Shown here: one piece after another, positions 34,001 to 43,636 of the stretch
How positions within the stretch are numbered: position 1 is the stretch's first letter
Layout of the letters: each line of letters begins with the position of its first letter
Assembly: GCA_000934665.2 (NCBI GenBank)
Contig: JYFJ02003328.1
Coordinates: forward strand, 1 to 43,636
Direction: 5' to 3'
DNA from: Catajapyx aquilonaris
Taxonomy: Eukaryota
Length of the DNA: 43,636 nucleotides
The notes under the pieces: generated by a model
What the model was told of the DNA's origin: nothing
The model's input: only the letters and a program-made list of their open reading frames with translations
Database searches by the model: none
Position numbers and translations under genes: made by a program

Positions 34001-37000
34001 TGGTGTGCACCAATCGAAACGACACTTGTCGGCTGCGTTTGCGACTCAGGCTGGACAGAAAAGGTCACCATCTTGACCTTTGACCTCACTAAGGTCACAG
34101 CTAATTTCCGGGCATATTTCAGGTCCTGGCATGCCTGACGTGCGTTTCTCGTCGTGTCTGGTGGACCTGGACAACCGCGAGGGGTCAGAGGTCACGGTGA
34201 CCGCAGCCGAAGACATGGTCACGGACGGGCTGAGTCGCAGCGTCATACACACGGAGCTGGTCACTGACGGTGACCCCTACTGGGCCGGATACGACCCTCC
34301 AGACATACAAGTCCAGGTAAGCCGTGTGAACTTAAACTGGCCCAGGTCCAGACCCGGTCCACTTTTATTCCGACAGGTAGAGGACGTGCCTACGAGCCAG
34401 TGCCATGTGTTCACACGGGCGCACGTGGTCACATGGGACCAGTTCTCCTACCAGGTGACCTCCACCGGCACGTTCCTCCTGCACCGAAGCACCAGGAGGG
34501 ACTTTGAGGTATACCGGTACCGCTGCCACATCTGGAGCATTGTCTTATCTCTCTCTGACGGGCATTGTCGACTGCGGTGGGCGGGGCTCACTGAGGACGG
34601 CGCTTGCGCACTACAGTCTGTCTGCGGTGGGCGGGGCTCACTGAGGACGACGCATGCGCATTGCAGTCTGTCTGCGGTGGGCGGGGTATCCCGAGCGCAT
34701 GCGCACTGCAGACAGACGGCGGTGGGCGGGGCTCACTGAGGACGACGCATGCGCATTGCAGTCTGTCTGCGGTGGGCGGAGAATCCCGAGCGCATGCGCA
34801 CTGCAGATAGACTGAGGTGGGCGGGGCTCACTGAGAACGACGCATGCGCATTGCAGTCTGTTTGCGGTGGGCGGGGCATCCCGAGCGCATGCGCACTGCA
34901 GACCGACTGCGGTGGGCGGGGCTCACTGGGGACGGCGCATGCGCATTGCAGACAGTCGCGCCGCTACAAAGTCGACAATTTACAAAATTCGTGTCCTTAT
35001 AGGTCCAGATACGAGTGTGGAAGTGTCCGTGGAAGGATCAGACGGCCGCGTCTCCTTGCGTGTGTGGTCTGGCTGCCAGGGAAGGTGACGAGGTGGTCAG
35101 GATCGACCTCTGCGGTCAGAAAGGTCAGGACGACCAAGGTCACCTACCGGAGGTCACTCTCAGGACGGCCAATACCAGCCCCAGGACCACAGTTTGGGAG
35201 TCCAGGAAGGGAAAGACCATCACAGTAAGACGAAATAAATAATTGTACGAGGGGCAACAAAATAATACTGTACGAGGGGCAACAAAATAATTGTACGAGG
35301 GGCAGCAAAATAATTGTACGAGGGACGTTCATAAATACATCTACCTCCCAATCATGGTGGTCATTATGCAGATATGACATTTTCTCATGGTATTGCAGAT
35401 ATGGCCTTTTCTCATAGTATTGCAGATATGACCTTTTCTCATAGTATTGCAGATATGACCTTTTCTCATAGTATTGCAGATATGGCCTTTTCTCATAGTA
35501 TTGCAGATATGACCTTTTCTCATAGTATTGCATATATAGGACATTTTCTCTTAGTAATTCAGATATGTCATTTTCTCTCGGTATTGAAGATATGACTTTT
35601 TCTCTAAGAAGCACAGAAATTCCCTTTTTCTAAGTATTGCAGATAATTATATGCTCTTCTCTCTTAGTAATGCAGATATGCCATTTTCTCACAGTATTGT
35701 AGATATGACCTTTTCTCTAAGAAGCGCAGATATGTCCTTTTTCTAAGTATTGCAGATATGTCCTTTTCTCAGAGTATTGCAGATATGTCCATTTATCTAA
35801 GCAATGCAGATATGCTCTTTTCTCTAAGCATATTGCTGACATGTCTTAATTCTACGGATTGCAGATATGTCCTTTTTCCTGAGCATTGCAGCAGATATGT
35901 CATTTTCTCCAAGTATTGCTCGTCCTAACTGCCCACAGGCTGAGTTCGCATCCGGAGCGTTTGTCCGTGTCCACCTGGAGACCTGGGGTCTGTCCGTGAC
36001 CCTCCAGGCCCTCAGCTCGGACTGGAGGAGCACCCAGGGTCTGTGCGGGTCATTCGACGGGGACAAGCACAACGACGTCCACGCTTCAAACCAGGTCTCC
36101 ACCTCGCACGTCCTGCGCCTCATCGATTCGCACAGGTCGGTCATCCCAACAAGCTGGGTGGCAATTCTGCGGAAGCCGTAACTCATCAGCTAATCGCCCC
36201 ATCCAGCCCCATAAATCCCCCATAAGGCCTAATGAAGCGTTTAAAACATTTTCTAATCTGGCTTCCAAAAAAATATTTGACAAGATTTGCATAATCAGTG
36301 TGTAATGTCAGCGACCTTCTGCCCTCCGCTTCCTGTTTTTGAATGTGCACAATGGCCTCCCTTGTGCTGCCGAACTAGGTTGAAGCCAAGCGGAAGCCTG
36401 TTTGAGAGACACCCGGATGCTGCGGCTGCACCGGATCAGCCACACTGCGCCTGCAACGCAAGCGGGTGTGTGCGGCTGCGAAGCGAGCGGCTCTTCTCGT
36501 CCGTTGATGTGACGAAGGATGTGGTGGTCCTTCCGCAGATGGATAAGTACGTAGCGTTGGAGGGCAGCGAGGAGCACGTGGGTCTGCCGTCCTCTGAAGC
36601 TGCAACTGGAAAAGGAGTGTACTGGACAACCGGAAACCAATCTAGTCATAACGAGTTGGAGGAAGGGGTGCACCTGCCTGGAGTTGGGAAGATGCGGCTG
36701 AGGTGGAACCAGGATGCGGCTGAGAGCGTGCAGTTCCTCTGCTCCAACCTGCTGGTCAACTCCACAGTTGCACGTGAATGCGGGTTGTTCCTAAGCAGCG
36801 AGATCATGAACGCGATTGACATCTGCGTTAAAGGTGAGTTGCGGATCATGCGGACTGGCTGATGGTCTGTCAGATGTGTTGTTTAAGGAGGATCCGGATT
36901 GGGCCAAGGAGGCGCTGGGGCTTGTCGAGGACCAGTGTGAGGAGAAGGCCATCAAAGGCCAGCTGCAGTGGCCGACCGATTCAAGCGGGCATGTGTCCGC

Positions 37001-39046
37001 CCCGCCTGAAATAGTGGACGCCCTCAACTGTCCAAACGGTTGCTCGCAGCATGGAAGGTGCACCAAAGACGGATGCGACTGCAGCAAGGGATTTACCGGA
37101 GCCGACTGTGCGGCGGTCAGAAGTAAGCGCAATTTTGAACCGAGCTTGCCGGTATGAATCGCGTACGTTTCCAGCCGAGTCGCCGCCGCATCTCATCGCA
37201 ATACGACGTAGCCTATGCGACGTGGCACACTTTCCGTGCCAGCTGGTGAAGCTGGATGGCCGACATTTCCATCCGGATCTGACCTGCCAGCTGGAGGAAG
37301 CCTGGATGTCCAAGTGGTTCCAGTCCGTCCAGCTGGACTCCAAATTCCACAGCGCATCTTCGGCCCAATGCCAACTTCCAATGCAGATTGTGGAGCAGCT
37401 GCAGACGCACGGACTCCGCCACAAATCCTTCTTGGTCCAGGTCACGGCCAGATCCATGAAGAGCAACTCGCTTCCGCTGACTCTATACAACTCCAACTGT
37501 CTCCAATGCGCTTTTAAAGGCGACAGTCCCAAGTGTCGGAGGCGAACTGACATCTGCGTTATCGACAGCCGCTGCTTTCCAGCCGGGGCGACCCAGCAGG
37601 GAAACACATGCAACGAGTGCCTCCCGCACTTAACCGTCCAACGCTGGAGCCCAACCACAAGTTAGTCCGTTATCCACACATTCCGAGGGCATACTAATGA
37701 AATTTCTGTTCGCAGAAAACTACCCACCGGAAATCCAGCCGGTGCCGTCCGCTCCTCTTGAGATTCTGTCGGGCGACTTGTTCGAGTTTCAGCTTTCCGC
37801 CAGAGATCCCGAAGGCGGTCAGGTCACATTTGATCTCACGAGAGGTCCGTCCGATTCCCAGCTTTCATCAGAAGGACTGTTGCAGTGGCAGTCACTTCCA
37901 GAGTCAGAGTCCGCCACGTTCGTAGTGTCCTCGTACGACTCCTGCAATGCGTCCGCTTCTGTCCAGATCAATGTCCAGGTGCTGCCGTGTCCATGCCAGA
38001 AGGGTGCGAAGTGTGTGCGAGAATCCAACCTGATACCTGGAAAGTACAGATGTGAGTGCCCACCAGGCAGGTACGGTACACGGTGCGAGAGGAGCAATTC
38101 GGCCCTTCAGCGCTTGGCAGGGTGTGCCAAAAAGTGCAGGAACAACGGCCGATGCGTTAAGGGACACTGCGTGTGTTCACATGGATTCGGCGGACGATAC
38201 TGCGAGATATGTAAGTAACCGCTGGGTTAGATCAATGCTAATTTTCATTGCTGTCGTATTTGCAGTGCTGTGTCATCCGCCTTGTTTGAACGGCGGGAAG
38301 TGCCTGCGGACAGGGCACTGCTCATGTCGTACCGGGTACTCCGGATCGCACTGCCAGGTGTCGCCTTGCAAACTTCCCTGCTTGAACGGAGGGTACTGCA
38401 GCCACGCCAAATTCTGCATCTGCCCAGAGGGGTTTTCAGGACGACAGTGCGAGATTTTCCACAACAAGCTGCCGTGTATGGGAGGCTGCGGAAGAGGCGG
38501 AACCTGCGGAAATGACACCTGCTCATGTCACAGAGGATGGGACGGCGACAGGTGCCAATCACGTAAGGATTCCATTAGAGCAATGTCAGAACCGTAACGT
38601 AACAGTCATTTCCGCAGCAATATGCAACCCTCCGTGTTCAAACAATGGCACCTGCATCAAGCCAGGGAAGTGCGCCTGCTTGCCCGGCTACAGAGGCAAA
38701 CTCTGCCACAAAGTCATTTGTACAAAGAAGTGCAAGCATGGCGGCACATGCGTTGCGCCAAACCAATGTGCGTGTAAGCCCGGATTCGAAGGCGCCTCAT
38801 GCACCAAACGTAAGACGCCTTTATCAAAACACTGCATTTGTGGTTACGACTTTTCTTTCCGCAGCAATATGCTCTGCTCCGTGCCAAAACGGCGGCCGAT
38901 GCGTGGGTCCCAACAAGTGTCTGTGTCGACCGTCTTATGTGGGACTCACCTGCGGCCAGAGGTCAAGAGCGATCCGGCCGCACCGACACCGCAGAAGGCT
39001 CTGGCGATGGAAAGAGTACGTCCAGACCCACACAGTGTTCACATAA
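25059..39046 (+). CDS. VWDE: von Willebrand factor D and EGF domain-containing secreted protein, ~1334 aa
   Basis: 15 phase-consistent exons: 25059-25122 (signal peptide MAGIILVATFIIIVRCCDS), 32065-32454, 33141-33379, 33853-34063, 34123-34316, 34377-34508, 35003-35224, 35939-36135, 36379-36833, 36874-37122, 37175-37660, 37716-38210, 38266-38562, 38618-38809, 38865-39046. Domains: uromodulin-like Cys-rich module (LCDRKLEPGWYRF, CGTQAPVW), vWD (TQGLCGSFDG), an Ig/cadherin-like module and C-terminal EGF repeats. Joining the first exon is inferred from phase and hydrophobicity. Confidence 0.88.
25767..26172. repeat. ~50-bp tandem repeat, about 8 units, with one ambiguous base at 25997
   Basis: Unit gcgagttcgcaacttccacaccatctagcggtagtagtcacgttaggggg, in VWDE intron 1. 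Confidence 0.9.
29958..30336. repeat. 16-bp minisatellite with variant units
   Basis: Units aagtcgaattttacgt, aagtcggactctacgt and aagtcagactctaggtagcct. Confidence 0.9.
32581..33020. mobile_element. ~440-bp fold-back element with ~190-bp inverted arms in VWDE intron 2
   Basis: Arms 32581-32776 and 32835-33020 are near-perfect reverse complements apart from a short indel and scattered mismatches. Confidence 0.75.
34572..34956. repeat. 45-50 bp GC-rich tandem repeat, 8 units, in a VWDE intron
   Basis: Alternating units ctgcggtgggcggggctcactgaggacgacgcatgcgcattgcagtctgt and ctgcggtgggcggggtatcccgagcgcatgcgcactgcagacaga. Confidence 0.88.
35240..35325. repeat. ~22-bp tandem repeat, 4 units
   Basis: Unit aattgtacgaggggcaacaaaat. 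Confidence 0.8.
35368..35918. repeat. 27-bp minisatellite, about 20 degenerate units
   Basis: Unit gcagatatgaccttttctcatagtatt; it produces the spurious 9-aa-repeat ORFs in the track. Confidence 0.9.
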
Positions 39047-39052
39047 GGATAT

Positions 39053-39107
39053 TTTATTAACTATTATCGACATGAAGACGCGGGAAGGAAAAAAAGTTAC
39101 AAATAAA
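39053..39107. terminator. Opposed polyadenylation signals of ARMC8 (minus, 39053-39058) and VWDE (plus, 39102-39107)
   Basis: One AATAAA on each strand in the 121-bp gap between the two stop codons. Confidence 0.55.
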
Positions 39108-39167
39108 ACGTACAAATCATACATTACACTTATTAGCGAAATCCTGTTAAATCTGCTACGGGCTTCC

Positions 39168-42100
39168 TTACGAGAACTGCTGCAGCGCTGTTTTCACCCT
39201 GAAACGACAAGCGATTGTTCACACCCATTCGTCTTCAATTACTGTAAGCGTACGTACTTGTCGAATAGAGTTGTGTCGCTTGTTCCTAGAAGGTTTTGAA
39301 GCAGCTTGTAAATCCCCAGCTCCTTCAGCCTCGCCTGCCTGACGCTCGCTCCTTCCTCCTCATTCCACACGAGGTTTGAAACACAAAAGGTGGCCGCAAT
39401 CTGCAGCTTCATGTTTCCAGAACTCTGCGGAACATGTCGCGGATTAAAAGCGAGCGACGCCAACCCGCAACAATACTCACGATGTATGCCGCTAGCTTCT
39501 TGATGACTTCCTCGTTAGCCATTATGTGGTCCTTGGCCGTGTCTCCGTCCGCAATGTTGGCCAGTATGCACAGCGCCTGCTCTTTCACCTCGGCTCCGTG
39601 ATCCGCATCCAGGACCATACAGACGGCCTGCATTATGTCCTTCCCGTGCGCTCCCATTATCTGGTCTATGTGCGGACGGGTCGACAGAAGGTTGCGTAAC
39701 AGCCCCAGCATCTTCATCACAACACCGACCTCGCCATCGGCCAACAACCGGAAGATCTGCTCCGTCCCCAGCGTGTTCAGTATCTGCGACTTTACCTTCT
39801 GGTCGGCCTGAAATGTAACGATTCGTTTAACGCAACCGTTGCGGTACGACACACGGCGACATTACCTGAAATGCCATGTTCATCAAAGCCCAGACGCCAT
39901 TCAAACGCAATGCCGGATCCTGATGGCGTACTAATCCGCAGAGAAGCTCCATGGCGCCTGACTCAAGAATCGCCTCTTTCGACGGCGAGAACTCCAGCAG
40001 CAAGTTGCAGAGAGTCGACGAAGCGGCCGTCAGCATGTCGTCTGAAGAGGTCTGCAACAGTCGCATGAGAGGCTTCCAGACCGAGTGGTCCTGAAAGGTT
40101 GTTCGCAGCTGCTGGACAGACCTGCTGAGAGAGTGCAGACAACGGACTGCGGACAGCCGGATCTGCGGGTTCGAATCCTGCAGCGAGGACATGACATGCT
40201 TCATCAGGGAGTCCGTCTCGATTATCTTCTTCCGGATATCCTCGTCGTTTGCGCCCAGCGAAGCGAACACCCTGTACGCAGCCTGCTTCATATCCTGCGC
40301 GATCTTCACCTCCTGCTCTAGTTTCCGCGAGACCTGCTGTGCCTGAAACTGCGTTGTCCCGATCCCAGGGCCGACCCCTGTGCCAACCACGCTGCCAATG
40401 ATGCCAACTCCGACCCCCGGCTGGTACTTCAGAAACTCGGCCATTGTTGCGATCAAATGGTTCGAAATGGAGGCGACTCTTTGCAAGTCCGTGTCCACTT
40501 CGGTCAGATACGCTAGGGTTTCGGCTGCGACGATTCGGAGCTCCGGTTCGGCCACTTCTTTCTTACAGCTTCGGACTAAGCAGGGTAAGGTGCGGTACAG
40601 TACTCGGGGGTCCTCTGGCGCTAATGCACCGGCTCGTTGCATGTACGCCATGCACCGTGCACATGCAAGCTGCATTTCGACCGGCCGGTCTCGGGACATC
40701 AGGGACGTCAGGAGGTCGGGAACGGACTTGCCTCCGTAGCTGGTGGTCGCAACCCGCGAGGACACCTCCGGGTTTTGGAAGCACATGCTGGCCAAGCAGT
40801 TGAGACTCGGCATCTGAACCTTGTAGAGCGGAGAGCACACCAGGGCAGCCAGTGCTTCGACCGCCCCATGCCTGCACAGCGCATTCTGATGGTCCGCCAA
40901 CTGCAAGATAATATCACCAGATATGATACGAGTATGATCCGCCGCAATAGTATCATCTCCTTATCAGCTAAACCCGATCCGCAACATCCTTTCATTGCCA
41001 AGGCTGACTCACGCAAATGCCAGTTTGCTCCAGACGCTACAGCAGATGGTTTAAATAGGTCGCATCTGAGGTAAGTCTGGGATAATTACCTTGCAAGCGC
41101 TGGCCAGAATGGTTGCGACGCACACCTGGTTGCTGACACTCTGGTTCATTAGAGTGATCAGGTGCGGGACCAGACCTGGCTCAGCGTAGAAGAGGTCGCA
41201 GGGCACGAAGGGGTGTTGGCTCACAATGCGCAGGCAGCAAAGGCATGTCTCCACCAGCCGAGGACTACTGTTGGTGCTGCCCAAACCTTTAAAAAAAAGA
41301 CACATAACGCAATTGGCAGCTGGGTAAACACCTGGTTCATTACAATGCAACATTTCCCAACCGCACCTTTCGATATGAATTTATGATCGGTATACATTGG
41401 AACATCAAACGTCCGTCATTGGCGACTGACATTCTGCCGGTTTTAATGCACCAATGTTGCAATTAAAGGTTGAGATGCGACGACTAATCGCGGCTGTGCT
41501 CCTTCTGCTGTGCGGTCTAACGATCGCCAATTGGAACGAGGATGACGAGCATTATTGGCAGGAGGATGATCCAAATTGGTACCTGCCTAACGCCTCGGAT
41601 ATTGTCGAGAACGATCAACTGAAGGTGGTGGCGACTGCGGGAAATGCTAACGAGGTGATGGACCTTATTCTGGAGGATGCGTACACCGTAATGATGATGG
41701 ATAAGCTCGACCCGTTGACATTAACGCACTTGGCCCTGTCCCTGCGGCTCACGATCAGAAGCAACATAGAGCAAAGGGTGCTGCTAATGCTGGACCAAAT
41801 TGAGATGAAAGGTCTGCGGTCCATCACGAGAGGATCGGACGCAGCGTACGGAACCAACAACGAGAGTCTGCTTGGATCGATCGTCTTCAAAGACGTGGTG
41901 ATGGAAGCCAAGTATTCCATGGAGCTGCCGATGAACGATTATGCGAGGCAAGTATGAACCGCTACGATTATGATCATAAACTAATCTGGATTCACAGTGG
42001 GGTTGCGCGAACATCGCCGCGAGACGTTGAAACAGCCGTGGTTTTTGGGACGGACAAAAATGTACCGAGCCACATCCTCGTTTTCAGAAGCGTCAAGCAG

Positions 42101-43087
42101 CAAGCGCTTGTAAGTCACATGCCGCTCTCATTACGACAAGCACCGTGAGTAATGCCTGCCCATTTTCAGCCCGTGCGATTCATTGCCAACAACACCTGGG
42201 ACGTACAACGCTACCTGCTTCACCACGTCTTTGATGAGATCATGGTGTCGGCCGTGGACCAATTCGTCTCCCCGGTCCTCAACAGTGTTCTTCTCTACCG
42301 AAGCCTCCTCTAACCCCTGTACCTTCAACTACAAGGCTGTGACGCAAGCTCAACTAATCCTGCCAATTTGTATTCATAATTCAGGTGTACCCAACATGAC
42401 TTAAACAGTACCCTTTTCCAATAAATTTCAATAAAACGAATTCAGCGAATTGCTCAATATAAACGTAGCTGTGAAAGTTTCAAGGTCGATTTCCATTAAC
42501 AGAATTTTACTGATTGAAGCCGCAATGTGCCGAGCACACTTTACACGTATTTCATGTGAGAAAATGCGGAGTAATTGCGACCAGCCTCTCACCGTTGATG
42601 AGCAGCGGGACCAGCCCCGCGTCGATGAGGGCCTTGACGTTCTCCGTGGTTCCCATAGCGAGTGATCCGAGCGTGATGGCCACTTCCACCTGGACGTCCG
42701 CGGTGTGCGTGGGGCTGACCAGCAGCTGGATCAGCCTGGGGACGACCCCCTGCTGGATGACGCTCGCCTTCTGACGGTTGCTGCCGATCACCGAGTTCTT
42801 CAAGTTGCTGCGTGCGATTGGGGAACGTCGCGTAATTAATGATTTAAAAAAGACCTTCCATTGCAAATCGACAACTCACACGACGGCGTCCAGGCATTTC
42901 TGCGGGTCGGAGGAGTACAGCTCGTCGATGAAGCTGCGTGAACTCTCCACGTCCTGCAACAATGGCCAATTGTCAATAGTTAAACCTCAACAATGCCCCC
43001 TCCTCGAGCATTGTTTCTTTCCTTCCCTTCCCCAACAATGTATATGATCTGATCTCTCTCTCTCTCTCTCACCATGTACGGCTGCAT
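39168..43087 (-). CDS. ARMC8: Armadillo repeat-containing protein 8 (GID5 subunit of the CTLH/GID E3 ligase), ~686 aa
   Basis: Exons 43087-43073, 42953-42880, 42807-42593, 41286-41090, 40900-39866, 39807-39481, 39424-39258, 39198-39168 (2061 nt). Motifs [80 protein letters not shown]. An alternative in-frame ATG lies at 43099. Confidence 0.93.
41475..42313 (+). CDS. Nested secreted protein, group-7 allergen/JHBP-like (TULIP-type lipid-binding fold), ~242 aa
   Basis: Lies inside ARMC8 intron 3 (41287-42592) on the opposite strand. Exons 41475-41947, 41998-42109, 42170-42313; the first intron needs a GC donor (AG|GCAAGT). Signal peptide [18 protein letters not shown], motifs LDPLTL and [10 protein letters not shown], and a helical C-terminus. 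AATAAA at 42420 and 42430. Family assignment is from motif resemblance only. Confidence 0.7.
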
Positions 43088-43636
43088 GACGGTCACCATT
43101 GTTCAGCAGGACGGGGGACGGGCAACAATCGAGCGACCGATAAATAGAGGCGTCCAACAATCGAAACACGGGGAAAGGGAAAGAGGAATCAATCGAACGG
43201 GAGGGAAAAAGGAACAACAATGGAACGTTCTTTTTTGTTGCTGTTGTTTTGTTGTTGTTTTTTTGACTGCCAGGAGGCGATACCATCGAGGCTGAGACAG
43301 CTACACGTGAATTGAACGGCCAGGTTAATTGTCATTATTTAAATTTGAGTAATTATATAAAAATAATTAAGCCCCGGGTGTTAATTGTGCAATTAGCAGT
43401 GGTTTAACTGGAAATTTACACAGGGTTTACATACTGAAGTACCAGACAAGCTGATTGGTTGTTGCAGCAAAATTCAGGCGTGCGATTGGTTCGTCGCACT
43501 TACGTGCGCACAGTGCTAGCCCGTGTAAATACTTTTAAAAAATCTGGCTACAAGAAGAGGAGAAAAACACCCAGGCAAAATTTGTACGCAGGACAGGGAA
43601 AAAGGAATCAAAAAAAAACAGGAGTTAAGTGGTATC

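Noticed and set aside
35144..35614. ORFs with 9-aa repeats (YLQYYEKRS and similar)
   Set aside because: Artefacts of the 27-bp intronic minisatellite.

Overview
Eukaryotic, intron-rich invertebrate genomic DNA, most likely from an arthropod. Five protein-coding genes can be reconstructed exon by exon. (1) POP1a, an RNase P/MRP protein subunit POP1 on the minus strand; its last exons run off the window start. (2) POP1b, a tandem, diverged POP1 paralog on the minus strand with an open ~693-aa frame that lacks the conserved N-terminal basic motif. (3) A VWDE-like secreted protein (vWD plus EGF repeats, ~1334 aa, plus strand). (4) ARMC8 (~686 aa, minus strand). (5) A small secreted group-7-allergen/JHBP-like gene nested antisense in an ARMC8 intron. 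The introns carry MITEs, two TSD-flanked tRNA-derived SINE copies and several minisatellites. The standout observation is nine stand-alone ~70-75 nt tRNA-like cloverleaves, all inside POP1 introns and all sense to the POP1 pre-mRNA, with none seen in the other ~21 kb. Acceptor and T stems are kept by compensatory changes, while the anticodon arm is replaced by unrelated hairpins. Two elements sit in the same introns of both paralogs. This suggests, as an inference only, that RNase P cleaves the pre-mRNA of its own scaffold subunit in an autoregulatory loop.
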